A DNA stretch of 64,000 bases, taken from Candidatus Micrarchaeota archaeon (GTDB lineage: Archaea > Micrarchaeota > Micrarchaeia > Micrarchaeales > CABMGC01). The position numbers were made by a program, and so were the translations under genes. The notes beneath the pieces are model-generated. The model saw only the letters and a program-made list of their open reading frames with translations. It searched no databases and was not told the DNA's origin. Shown here piece by piece: positions 1 to 8,765 of the stretch (position 1 is its first letter; each line of letters begins with the position of its first letter). The DNA lies in NCBI GenBank assembly GCA_023270055.1, contig JAGDYB010000017.1:6581-70580 (forward strand). The letters run 5' to 3'.

Positions 1-339
1 GTCAAATATCCTGCTGTATTCCACAAGCGTTGACATTGCTTCCGCATCCCTCAGGAAGGCAAGCAGATTTTTCTTTTGCGAATCGCTTAGGGCGCCGCTT
101 GAAAGCTGGCTTTCGTAGTACTTGACCATTTCGTCCTTGCGCTCAAGGAACTTTAGCAGCAGGAATTCGGCGTCATTCGAGTTCTGCGGATCTTCAAACC
201 GCACAAACGAGCCCTGCACGCTTATTCTCCCCTGCTTTCTCGACCTCTCAAAGATGTCAAGGGCTTCTGCGTAAAGCATATTCTTGGCCCTAATCAAAAG
301 ATCGTTGCAAATGAGCCACGCATCGGTGCTGTGTGCCAT
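1..339 (-). CDS. hypothetical protein, N-terminal 113 codons (gene runs off the left edge)
   Basis: Absent from the ORF track because it has no stop inside the window. Reverse strand reads ATG at 339 then MAHSTDAWLICNDLLIRAKNMLYAEALDIFERSRKQGRISVQGSF..., open to position 1. An in-frame TAA lies 21 nt upstream of the ATG and a GGAG about a dozen nt upstream. No family recognised. Confidence 0.55.
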   Translation of the reverse strand, partial: MAHSTDAWLICNDLLIRAKNMLYAEALDIFERSRKQGRISVQGSFVRFEDPQNSNDAEFLLLKFLERKDEMVKYYESQLSSGALSDSQKKNLLAFLRDAEAMSTLVEYSRIFD

Positions 340-378
340 TTCTTTCCACGCTCCTATTTATAAATATTGGTTTTATAT

Positions 379-388
379 TTTATATAAA
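379..388 (+). promoter_or_regulatory. TATA-like box (TTTATATAAA) upstream of tRNA-Val
   Basis: AT-rich TATA-like element about 30 nt upstream of the mature tRNA 5' end at 418, in a divergent intergenic region. Position only, no experimental support. Confidence 0.3.
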
Positions 389-417
389 TTGTCATTGCAA
401 GTAAGCAGCATACTGAA

Positions 418-489
418 GGGCCTGTAGTCGAGTGGTAAGACGTCTCCTTCACACGGAGAAGATCCGGAGTCCGATTCTCCGCGGGCCCA
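418..489 (+). tRNA. tRNA-Val (anticodon CAC)
   Basis: Cloverleaf folded by hand. Acceptor GGGCCTG/CGGGCCC (one G-U). Anticodon stem TCTCC/GGAGA with loop TTCACAC, giving anticodon CAC. T arm CGGAG-TCCGATT-CTCCG, discriminator A. No encoded CCA. Confidence 0.9.
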
Positions 490-496
490 TTGAACA

Positions 497-1054
497 CTAA
501 TCCATAAAGATGAGCTTTGGGGACAGCTTGAGATTGTTTCTCAGCCCCTGCACCGCCCGGACAACCCTACCCGCGTCTGCGTTTGCTTCTCTTCCAATCC
601 ACGGATCATACAGCTTTACCTTGCTATCGCCCCAAAGGGTGATTATCACGAAGTGCGGGTAGTGGTACGCGCCGCCAAGATAAAATCTGTCTATGTAGAT
701 TATTGGGTTTGTCCTGCCTGATACGTCAGCTATAAATCTCCTGTCTATTTTCCCGTTTTCCAGTTTCAGCTTGGATGGGCGTTTCAATCTGGCCAACTTG
801 TTATAAAACAGCTTATTCTCTATCACCGCATGTATAGATACGCCGTATTTCTCCACAACATATTTTAGCTGGCCAAGCGAATAGTCCAAGCGGGTCATCT
901 TCAGCCCTTCTGAAAGTATATTGATCTCTTCGCTATCTTTGACAGCTATTGACCTCTGGTCGAGAAGCGACATCAGGCATGTCGACAAGCATGTCTCAGC
1001 CGTATTTTGGATTCTGCTAAACAATTTTGTCATGCTGATCAGCTGAAGCAACAC
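497..1054 (-). CDS. stand-alone papain-like / peptidase C39-like cysteine protease domain protein
   Basis: 185-aa ORF. N-terminal Q..AETCLSTCLMSLL resembles the C39 Gln/Cys nucleophile block. C-terminal HFVIITLWGDSKVKLYDPW resembles the His...DP block. No ABC transporter is fused or adjacent. The start may be the internal Met at 1033. Confidence 0.5.
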   Translation of the reverse strand: MLLQLISMTKLFSRIQNTAETCLSTCLMSLLDQRSIAVKDSEEINILSEGLKMTRLDYSLGQLKYVVEKYGVSIHAVIENKLFYNKLARLKRPSKLKLENGKIDRRFIADVSGRTNPIIYIDRFYLGGAYHYPHFVIITLWGDSKVKLYDPWIGREANADAGRVVRAVQGLRNNLKLSPKLIFMD

Positions 1055-1384
1055 AAAAATTCCGGCAAAACCTGTGTTGCCTTGCGCCTGCGGTGCCTTC
1101 CGCGCTATTTCCTTCTCGCTTCTTTCAGCACCTTCAATCTTCTTTCTAAAGATTCAATGCCCCTGAAGATCAGCGATTGTTTGTTGGCATCATCAATTAT
1201 TTTCCAGAACCACTCTTTTTCGCTACTGCCAGACACGAAACCACTGATATACAATGGAACTTCTAATATTTATTTGTTTCTTCATAACATACTTGTTATT
1301 GTAGCGGCTCTGACCCTTGCATGTTTTGCTTGCATGTCTGCCAAGTATAAATATGTTTTGGAATCAAATAATTAGTGTGATAAG

Positions 1385-2038
1385 ATGGGTTTTGCTGAAA
1401 ATATCAGGCGCGGATACAATTCTTTGTTGTCGCCTGGCAGTGCAACTAAGAAGCAAATGGATATAAAGGGCGCGCTATCGTTCTATTACATGCTAAGCAT
1501 AATACCTTTCGTCCTGTTCGTTGCAATAGGCTCGCTTGTGCTCGCTGCTAACATGAATATGAACGTGCTACCGTTCTGGTCTAACTTCGGTTATCAGTTC
1601 GGCCTTACCACAACATCTTTCCTGTTCTTACTGCTCGGCGGCATCTTGTATTTCTGGGTCTTTGTGCCGATAGGCATATTTATTAACGCGCTGCTTTACC
1701 AGCTTGTAGGTAAGTTCTTCCTGAATATATGGCGCGGCACATATGACAAAACTTTCACTGCCGCGATGTTCGGCGTGCTTCCTTCCATGCTCTTTTACTG
1801 GCTGATGCCAATACCCATAATCAACATATTTTACCTTGCGGTGTTTGGTGTATGGAGCTTTGTAGTATTTGTCATTGCGCTTGCAAACCAGCAGAAGGTC
1901 GCAAGAATGTCGGCTTTTCTGGGCATGCTTGCGACTGTGACAATAGTCGTGTTCGCCACTATGATATTTATGATACTGCTTTTTGTTACGGCCGTGCCGC
2001 CACTGCCTGCTGGAGGTGTGCATCCGTATCCCATATGA
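1385..2038 (+). CDS. polytopic membrane protein (Yip1-like topology, family uncertain)
   Basis: 217-aa ORF with a short soluble N-terminus followed by about 5 long hydrophobic segments. The antisense ORFs over it look compositional. Confidence 0.6.
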   Translation: MGFAENIRRGYNSLLSPGSATKKQMDIKGALSFYYMLSIIPFVLFVAIGSLVLAANMNMNVLPFWSNFGYQFGLTTTSFLFLLLGGILYFWVFVPIGIFINALLYQLVGKFFLNIWRGTYDKTFTAAMFGVLPSMLFYWLMPIPIINIFYLAVFGVWSFVVFVIALANQQKVARMSAFLGMLATVTIVVFATMIFMILLFVTAVPPLPAGGVHPYPI

Positions 2039-2114
2039 ATAATTTGGCCTGCTGCGACAATGCTTGGAAATAACCGAAATTGCTGGAAAGAGATATAAAC
2101 TTTAGAACCGATAT

Positions 2115-3143
2115 ATGAGAGTATCGCTTTCCATCTTGGGTATGTTTATGGCTGCAACACTAACGCTTAAGCTTTATATCGCGCTTTTCCTAGTTTTTGC
2201 CATAGGATTTGGAGTTATAACCACAGTACTGTTCCTTCTTGGGGCAACATTCTACATAATACTTGTTTTTGCAGTCTTTTACTTCGCGCTGCAATGGTAC
2301 ATATCTCCCACAATCATCAGATTTTCTGCGCGCCTTAGATATATAAAAGACGACGAAATGCCGTGGCTTCACGAGATTGTTCAGGATCTTGCAAAAGAAG
2401 CGAAAGTCCCGGTGCCAAAAATAGCGATAAGCAAATCGCCAGTGCCAAATGCGTTTGTTTTCGGCAGGAGCAGGAAAGGCGCCACGCTTGCGATTAACCA
2501 GGGCCTTTTGGATACGCTCAACCATGATGAGGTCAAAGCGGTGATAGCGCACGAGATAGGCCATATAAAGCACAATGATTTTGCAGTGATGACATTCATC
2601 TCCTTCATACCTATGCTCGCAATGCTAATAGCAGAGAATGTGCTATTTTTCGGCATGTTTGGCAGAGGCAGGAACCAGAATGCGTATGCAATGCTTATAG
2701 GAATGGCTGCTTTCCTTATATACTTGGTAACCGAACTGCTTACGCTTGTAGTGTCAAGAACGCGCGAATCGCTTGCCGACGAATATTCCGCTTATACTAC
2801 ACAACAACCAGAACTTCTTGCAAGCGCACTTTACAAGATAACATATGCGCAGGCTGCAGCACCGCAGAGCAGCGCCAGTGCAGGCAGTACGGAAAGGGCG
2901 CTCTGCATATCCGACAGCTATTTTTCCGGCAAGGAGCTTATTGGCCTGGACAAGCACATCGCCGAGCTCAAATCAATTCTTCCAAACATAAGCGAATCGG
3001 AGATAAGGGCAGCGCTTGGCAAGAAGGAAAACGGGGCAAAAAACATAATGACCGCGCTGTTTTCCACACATCCACCGACGTACAAGAGAATATTGGACCT
3101 AGCGCACATTAAAAAAGAAATCTGCAAAACAGGTAAAGAATAA
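2115..3143 (+). CDS. htpX: HtpX-type M48 membrane zinc metalloprotease
   Basis: 342 aa. N-terminal TM helices, HEIGHIKHND (HExxH) motif, further TM pair, and C-terminal FSTHPPTYKRI typical of HtpX. Confidence 0.85.
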   Translation: MRVSLSILGMFMAATLTLKLYIALFLVFAIGFGVITTVLFLLGATFYIILVFAVFYFALQWYISPTIIRFSARLRYIKDDEMPWLHEIVQDLAKEAKVPVPKIAISKSPVPNAFVFGRSRKGATLAINQGLLDTLNHDEVKAVIAHEIGHIKHNDFAVMTFISFIPMLAMLIAENVLFFGMFGRGRNQNAYAMLIGMAAFLIYLVTELLTLVVSRTRESLADEYSAYTTQQPELLASALYKITYAQAAAPQSSASAGSTERALCISDSYFSGKELIGLDKHIAELKSILPNISESEIRAALGKKENGAKNIMTALFSTHPPTYKRILDLAHIKKEICKTGKE

Positions 3144-3204
3144 GAACAAAAAGAAAAATACAAACTCTAGTGCATTCTGTTCCTGCTGCAACTTGTTTTA
3201 TCTA

Positions 3205-3561
3205 TTATTTGTAGATTGAATGGTAGGTATTGCCACTGTCGTCAGTTATGGTTATGCACTCGCCCTCGCATTCTATCAAGCATGCTTGGCAAAGTATGCA
3301 CGCGCTGCCATTTACTGCTACGGATATGCCGCCGCTTGTACCATCGTTGTCATTGGCGAAATGCCTGTGACCATCCTGTACATTTGACCATTTTGCCACA
3401 ACACTCGGATCCGACTGGCCTTTCCACTGCTCATTGGCTGGAGCATGATCGCTGTTCACATCAGGCGCATCCCTATTTTTCATTTCAAACACTGCTACAG
3501 GGCATACATCTTTGCAATGCTGGCAACCTGTGCATTTTGGTTTGTCTACATATACGTCCAT
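3205..3561 (-). CDS. 2x[4Fe-4S] ferredoxin-domain protein
   Basis: 118 aa with CTGCQHCKDVCP and CILCQACLIECEGEC cysteine clusters, separated by an insert. Confidence 0.75.
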   Translation of the reverse strand: MDVYVDKPKCTGCQHCKDVCPVAVFEMKNRDAPDVNSDHAPANEQWKGQSDPSVVAKWSNVQDGHRHFANDNDGTSGGISVAVNGSACILCQACLIECEGECITITDDSGNTYHSIYK

Positions 3562-3630
3562 ACAATCACATTGAATGATTTAACATCTTGATATTTGATG
3601 TTAATATTTAAATGCCTTTATCAAAACAAT

Positions 3631-4173
3631 TTAGCTTTTACTCCTATTTTGTCCGACATAGGATATTACCTTATCAATTACGATCTTTAGCCACGGTGTG
3701 TATTTTTCAGGATTGCTCGAAATATCCCTTTTAAGCTCGCTTAGGCTTATCCATTTCCAGTCCATCGCCTCCTTTGGATCCGGATTAGGGGCTGAATCAT
3801 AATTGCCGAAAATAACATGATCGTATTCCCATTCTGTAAGACCGTTGCCAACTGGAGCCTTGTATACGAATGAAAATTCTTCCTTCATGTTGCAATCGAA
3901 TCCCATCTCTTCTTTCAGCCTCCTGTGCGCTGCGTCTATGGTTTTTTCGCCTGGAAATGGATGCGAGCAGCACGTATTGCTCCACAAGCCCGGAGTATGA
4001 TACTTGGAGAGGGCACGCCGCTGCAGCATTGTTTCTCCTTTTGTGTTAAAGACGAATATAGATATTGCTCTGTGCAGTTTGCCGCCGTCCATGTGGGCTT
4101 TGAGCTTGTCTTCGGTGCCTATCTGCTTATCGTTGTCGTCAACCAAGATGACTCGCGTTGTGTCATTTTCCAT
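3631..4173 (-). CDS. idi: isopentenyl-diphosphate delta-isomerase, type 1 (Nudix fold)
   Basis: 180 aa. HRAISIFVFNTKGETMLQRRALSKYHTPGLWSNTCCSHPFPGE and AAHRRLKEEMG closely follow the E. coli Idi pattern (HLAFS..., RRALSK...WTNS.CGHP..GE). It also has the distal EWEYDHV and W.W blocks. Confidence 0.88.
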   Translation of the reverse strand: MENDTTRVILVDDNDKQIGTEDKLKAHMDGGKLHRAISIFVFNTKGETMLQRRALSKYHTPGLWSNTCCSHPFPGEKTIDAAHRRLKEEMGFDCNMKEEFSFVYKAPVGNGLTEWEYDHVIFGNYDSAPNPDPKEAMDWKWISLSELKRDISSNPEKYTPWLKIVIDKVISYVGQNRSKS

Positions 4174-4183
4174 AAGCTTATTT

Positions 4184-4744
4184 TCACCGTTTTCTTTTTA
4201 TATCTTTTTCCCTTTTCGTCGAATACCTTTGCATCTCGCTAAGTATTCCGTAAATTTTTGCCTTTACTTTACTGTTCGCCTTGATGAGATCCATGCCGAT
4301 CCCGCGCAGGCCATAAATCACGAATGAACCATTTCTGCACATGTGTATTATGGGCAGTGCGGCAAGGTCCTCCTCTCCGTAAACCCTTATTCCGACCCGC
4401 TTGCCGGAACGCAAAGCGCTGCGCAACGCGTTCCAAAGTTCGACGCTTATTTCGCCGCTTGCGTTTTTCACTTTTATGGGATTCGGGTAGTTTTTATTTA
4501 TTATCCTGAGAACTTTTCTTTTGCGTTCTGTTGAATAATCGAACACTGCAATTTTTGGGATATAGCCGGCGCGCAGAAGATTTGCTGTCGTGACATCGCC
4601 GATTGAGTATATGGTGTCGCTTGCGCTGAGCTTGGCGGGCAGTTCCTGTGAATTTATTGTTATTCCATAGCTGCTCCTCAGCTTCTTTCTCATGCGCCTA
4701 GGAAGCACGAGCGCGCTTGATACTTTGATGCTTTTGTACGGCAT
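4184..4744 (-). CDS. DUF359 protein, probable GTP-dependent dephospho-CoA kinase (archaeal type)
   Basis: 186 aa. IYSIGDVTTANLL..GYIPKIAVFDYSTERK, ASGEIS.ELW and VYGEEDLAALP...G..VIYG match the DUF359 / archaeal DPCK block pattern as I remember it. Confidence 0.65.
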   Translation of the reverse strand: MPYKSIKVSSALVLPRRMRKKLRSSYGITINSQELPAKLSASDTIYSIGDVTTANLLRAGYIPKIAVFDYSTERKRKVLRIINKNYPNPIKVKNASGEISVELWNALRSALRSGKRVGIRVYGEEDLAALPIIHMCRNGSFVIYGLRGIGMDLIKANSKVKAKIYGILSEMQRYSTKREKDIKRKR

Positions 4745-4745
4745 T

Positions 4746-5663
4746 CTATCTCCGAATGCGTTTATTGTACGCTACAACAGCGAGCGGAGCCTTCTCGACA
4801 AGGCTCTCCGCAGCTCTTATTATCTTGATCCTTCTCCTGTAATTGCCAAGTTCTACGGGCACCTTTTTCCTGACCAGTTCTATTAACTGTTCGTTGTTCT
4901 TTGTTATACCGCCGCCAATTATAATCGCCTCTGGATCAAAAATATTTACCACGTTGGCAATGCCTATGGAAAGATAGTTTGCCATGGCGTTCACAACCGC
5001 TTTTACACGCTTATCTCCGGCGGACCATGCATCGAAAATCTCCTTGCCTGTCATTTTCAAGCCGGCAGCCGAAGCGCTTCTTTCTATTGCACTGCCTGAA
5101 GCTAGCGCTTCAAAACAGCCGTGTCTTCCACAACCGCACACGGGTCCATTGGCTTGCATTACCATGTGACCGAATTCCCCAGCCCAGCCATTGCGGCCAG
5201 AGTAAAGCCTGTCATCGATAAATATTGCCCCACCTATCCCAGTGCCTATGGTAAGGTAAACGAAATTGCTGTAATCCCTCCCGTAGCCGTATAGCTTTTC
5301 TGCGAGTGCCTGGGCGTTTGCATCGTTTTCCACAAAAACCCTCGAATCGAAATGCTCCTTCAGGGTATTGAGCAGATTATATCCTTTCCAGCCCGGCAGA
5401 TTCGGCGCGTAGGCCACTATTCCTTTCTTGTTTATTGCTCCTGGAAACGTCATGCTCACGTAAGCAGTATCGTATTTTTTGGAGAATTTTTTATACAAAC
5501 TTTTAAGCTGGTTTATGAGCACCTCCCTGCTGCTCCTGTCATTCGCCGTCTTTGTAGAGAGTTTTGAGAAGACATTTCCGGAAAGATCGCCCGCAAGCGC
5601 TATGGTTTTGCTCGCACCAACTTCAAAACCAAGCACATTCTCGTTTTCCACATCAGTATACAA
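4746..5663 (-). CDS. ROK-family sugar kinase (glucokinase-like)
   Basis: 305 aa. DANAQALAE, GTGIGGAI, GWAGEFGH and the zinc motif CGCGRHGCFEALAS. Confidence 0.85.
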   Translation of the reverse strand: MYTDVENENVLGFEVGASKTIALAGDLSGNVFSKLSTKTANDRSSREVLINQLKSLYKKFSKKYDTAYVSMTFPGAINKKGIVAYAPNLPGWKGYNLLNTLKEHFDSRVFVENDANAQALAEKLYGYGRDYSNFVYLTIGTGIGGAIFIDDRLYSGRNGWAGEFGHMVMQANGPVCGCGRHGCFEALASGSAIERSASAAGLKMTGKEIFDAWSAGDKRVKAVVNAMANYLSIGIANVVNIFDPEAIIIGGGITKNNEQLIELVRKKVPVELGNYRRRIKIIRAAESLVEKAPLAVVAYNKRIRR

Positions 5664-5708
5664 TAAGACAAATATTTATTGCTTTCAGTATGCACCGTTA
5701 CTGTTGCT

Positions 5709-7064
5709 TTAGACCATAGCCGTTGTTACCCTGACCCCTTTTACCAGTATGCTTGGCATTACGTAGTATGCCCCGGAATCCCAGGATGTGGTCTGTATTG
5801 CATCGTTCGCCGCAAGCAGTGTGTTCTTTGCCATCCTAATTATGTTGTCGTTTATTCTTATGCCGACCATCGCGCTTATGCCTGTTTGCCTTATCGCAAA
5901 CTTAGGCTCTCCATCCTCTATGTAAAGACTCATGTCCCTAGGTACTGTGGAGAAATCACCGGTGAGATAATTGCTGAACCGCGTATACCATGTGCTGCTC
6001 ACCAGTATGCCTCTCTTCACTTCGGAGATAAGCTTGTCAAGGTCGCTGACGCGATTTCTGTGCTCGAAAACGAGTGTGTTTGGGCTAGGCTCCACAAGCC
6101 CTGCATTCCCAGTGCTTTTTGTCTTGTATTTTATCGCGGTGGAATAGTTGTGGAGATACGTCTTCAGAACCCCACCTTTTACAAGCACCGTTTTCTGCGA
6201 AGGGTAGCCTTCCGCGTCAAATGGTGATGAAGAAACGAGATTGCCGGAAAGGCCGTCGTCGTATATTGTAATTCCCCTGTTCGCAACAAAATTGCCTATC
6301 TTGCCAGAAAGGAAGCTGCCGGTTTCTATGCTGCCTGCACATGCCATCGCATTTATGTTGCTCAGCAAGCTGCCTCCGGCAGCAGGCATATAGATTATGT
6401 CGTAAGTACCATCGCTTATTTTGCCAGTCTTTTTAACGCCCGCAGCTGTTGAGGCAACCATTTTGCCGAGCTTAGCCATGTCGATGTCCATGTCCCTCGA
6501 TACTTCCTCCTGCTGCAATGCAACGTTCTTTGTCATTGCTCTCAATGACATGCTTAGCCTGCTGCTTCTCGATTCGGCTTCGATGCTTTTGCTCGTTGCC
6601 AATTCATCCTTCGAATATCCTATCGTCAACGTGCCCGCGACACTTTGCGCACCTTCTGCAAGCGCTGAGTTTATTGCGGAATTGGCCATGTCCGCGATTT
6701 CGTCTATCGTATAGTTCTCTATTCTCCTGCTATACTTTTGCCGCGCGCCATACTTGAAAGGCCCTTCGGCCAATCCGTTATAATCTTTTTTCTCAGCCTG
6801 CATCGCGATAAGGCGCTTTGAATTTTCTATCTTGTTCCTTATGTACGCACTGTCGAAGCGATCCAGATTTGTAAAGAAAACCCTTTTCTTGCTCGACAAA
6901 AACATCATGCCGCTCTGCCCGCTTGTCTCAACGACAGAGTCAACCTTTGAATTTGCTATTTTGAGGTAGCAAACCGTATGATTCGACCTGGTAACCAGTG
7001 CCTCGTCGAATCCAGATGCAAGCGCCTCCTTTACTATCTCTTTTGGTATCATGCTACTCGCCAA
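5709..7064 (-). CDS. pmbA: PmbA/TldE-family metalloprotease partner
   Basis: 451 aa TldD/PmbA-fold protein without the HExxxH site. It overlaps the stop of the TldD gene by 11 nt (7054-7064), the usual pairing. Confidence 0.75.
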   Translation of the reverse strand: MASSMIPKEIVKEALASGFDEALVTRSNHTVCYLKIANSKVDSVVETSGQSGMMFLSSKKRVFFTNLDRFDSAYIRNKIENSKRLIAMQAEKKDYNGLAEGPFKYGARQKYSRRIENYTIDEIADMANSAINSALAEGAQSVAGTLTIGYSKDELATSKSIEAESRSSRLSMSLRAMTKNVALQQEEVSRDMDIDMAKLGKMVASTAAGVKKTGKISDGTYDIIYMPAAGGSLLSNINAMACAGSIETGSFLSGKIGNFVANRGITIYDDGLSGNLVSSSPFDAEGYPSQKTVLVKGGVLKTYLHNYSTAIKYKTKSTGNAGLVEPSPNTLVFEHRNRVSDLDKLISEVKRGILVSSTWYTRFSNYLTGDFSTVPRDMSLYIEDGEPKFAIRQTGISAMVGIRINDNIIRMAKNTLLAANDAIQTTSWDSGAYYVMPSILVKGVRVTTAMV

Positions 7065-8451
7065 ACGAAAGCAATGCTGCAGCGCCGCCCATCGTCACTG
7101 GAACGCCTTGCTCTGGTTCGCCCTTGCCGCACGTCCCTAGGTAAAGCTTGAACTCATTGTCCACCAGCCTCACAGACTTCCAAAAATTGAATGTTGAAAC
7201 TTCAAGCGAGAAGTTTTTCACTGGCTTCCCGATGCTACCTCTCTCTATAAGGTATGCTTCATTGCCTTGGTATTTGGCAAAGCTCCTGGTATCGTCTATA
7301 TTCCATTCGGTAAAACTCTTTATGTATACGCCACTGCCTGCTTCTTCTATGAGATCTTCAAAATCCGCATTGCCAGGTTTGAGATATGTATTAGACATTC
7401 TTATTATCGGCTCTACGCTGTAATCGCTGCTTCTCGCTGAACCGTTGCTTTTCCTGCCAAGCATGCCCGCATATTCCCTGTTGAGCAGCAGCTCGTTCTG
7501 CATGCCGTCTTTCACAATCAACTTTGGCCCCGCCATGACACCCTCGTCATCATAGAGATAGAACCCGTAAGCCCCTTCTATCGTCGGATCGTCCACAATG
7601 TTGACAGCGCCGCTTCCTATTTGCATGCCAAGATTGCTGCCGTTCAAATAGCTGGTGCCAGCCTGCGCAGCCTCTCTGCCAAAAACCCTGTCCGCTTCGT
7701 TCGGATGCCCGATGCTCTCGTGCACGGCTATGCCCGATATTTCCGGGGATACCACGACATTCCTTATTTCGGCGAGCTTGCTTTTGCTCAGGCTCACGCC
7801 TTTGCTCATTACGTTCGCAAGATTTTTTACTTCCTGCTCTATCTCGCCACCAATTTTGTCAAGGTCAAATAACTCGTAACCGCCTACGCCACCATATTGC
7901 AAGAAGCGCTGCCTAGTTTCGGAGCCAGATTTCAATATGAGGCTGAAGAAAGAGCTGATGCTTGGAAGCGTTGCTCTTATTTTCGTTCCGTCGGAATTGG
8001 TGAAATAGGAATTGGAGATGCCATATCCAAGGTACATGCTCCTGTATCTTACAAGCTTGTTTTTTGCAAGCTGCCTGTCGTATTCGGCGAGATCCTCAGC
8101 TGGATTTTCGCTGTCAAAAGATTTCTTTTGCTTCGCCTTGTAATTTGCCCTGCGCACCTTCTCGCGTGACAGAACAATACTGTTTCCCTTAAATAGGCTT
8201 GCCCTCCTGAGCGACGCTTCTATTCCCTCCTTGCTAAGCACGTTCGTGGAAAAGGTGAAAAGCCTTCCCTTTTTTATGAGCCTTACACGCATGCCTGAGC
8301 TCTCGGTTGCAGCCGCACCGTTGAAAACGCCCTGCTCTATTGCTATTGAGCTGCTTTTTTCGTTTAGAAGATAGGCTTCGGCGTAGGAAGCACCGCTAGC
8401 CAAAGCCCTGTTTACGGCAAAATCAGCCAGATCCTCATCGGCTGCACTCAT
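7054..8451 (-). CDS. tldD: TldD-family zinc metalloprotease
   Basis: 465 aa. VHESIGHPNEADR (HExxxH-type site) and the C-terminal GxC...GG block typical of TldD. Confidence 0.8.
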   Translation of the reverse strand: MSAADEDLADFAVNRALASGASYAEAYLLNEKSSSIAIEQGVFNGAAATESSGMRVRLIKKGRLFTFSTNVLSKEGIEASLRRASLFKGNSIVLSREKVRRANYKAKQKKSFDSENPAEDLAEYDRQLAKNKLVRYRSMYLGYGISNSYFTNSDGTKIRATLPSISSFFSLILKSGSETRQRFLQYGGVGGYELFDLDKIGGEIEQEVKNLANVMSKGVSLSKSKLAEIRNVVVSPEISGIAVHESIGHPNEADRVFGREAAQAGTSYLNGSNLGMQIGSGAVNIVDDPTIEGAYGFYLYDDEGVMAGPKLIVKDGMQNELLLNREYAGMLGRKSNGSARSSDYSVEPIIRMSNTYLKPGNADFEDLIEEAGSGVYIKSFTEWNIDDTRSFAKYQGNEAYLIERGSIGKPVKNFSLEVSTFNFWKSVRLVDNEFKLYLGTCGKGEPEQGVPVTMGGAAALLSFGE

Positions 8452-8456
8452 TTGGG

Positions 8457-8756
8457 TCAGCCAAACAGGCTAGCAAGTCCTCCTGCCGCTTCCTCTTCGC
8501 TCTTCTTGCTTTCTTCAGGCTTCTTTTCCTCAGCCTTGCTTGCAGTGCCGGCGGCCGCCTGCTGTGGAGCCACTTGCATGGTCTGTGCATTCTTTATTAT
8601 GTCCTTTATGTTCACGCCTTTCAAAGACGCGACAATGGCCTTTATCCTGGCCTCGTCAGGCTCCATGCCCGCAGCTTTTACTATGTTCTTAAGGTTTTCT
8701 TCTGTTACCTCTTTTCCGGCAGCATCAAGCAAAAGCGCTGCATATATATATTCCAT
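8457..8756 (-). CDS. rpl12: ribosomal stalk protein P1 (L12e)
   Basis: 99 aa. [10 protein letters not shown] start, Ala/Glu/Lys-rich hinge, and C-terminal [13 protein letters not shown] factor-binding tail. GGTGA Shine-Dalgarno-like element in the 9-nt spacer after P0. Confidence 0.92.
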   Translation of the reverse strand: MEYIYAALLLDAAGKEVTEENLKNIVKAAGMEPDEARIKAIVASLKGVNIKDIIKNAQTMQVAPQQAAAGTASKAEEKKPEESKKSEEEAAGGLASLFG

Positions 8757-8765
8757 TCAGTTCAC

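Noticed and set aside
1007-1375. 122-aa plus-strand ORF bridging the C39-like peptidase gene and the membrane protein gene.
   Set aside because: It overlaps the peptidase start in antisense, has odd composition and no ribosome-binding or promoter context. I treated the region as intergenic or unresolved (see the finding covering 497-1384).
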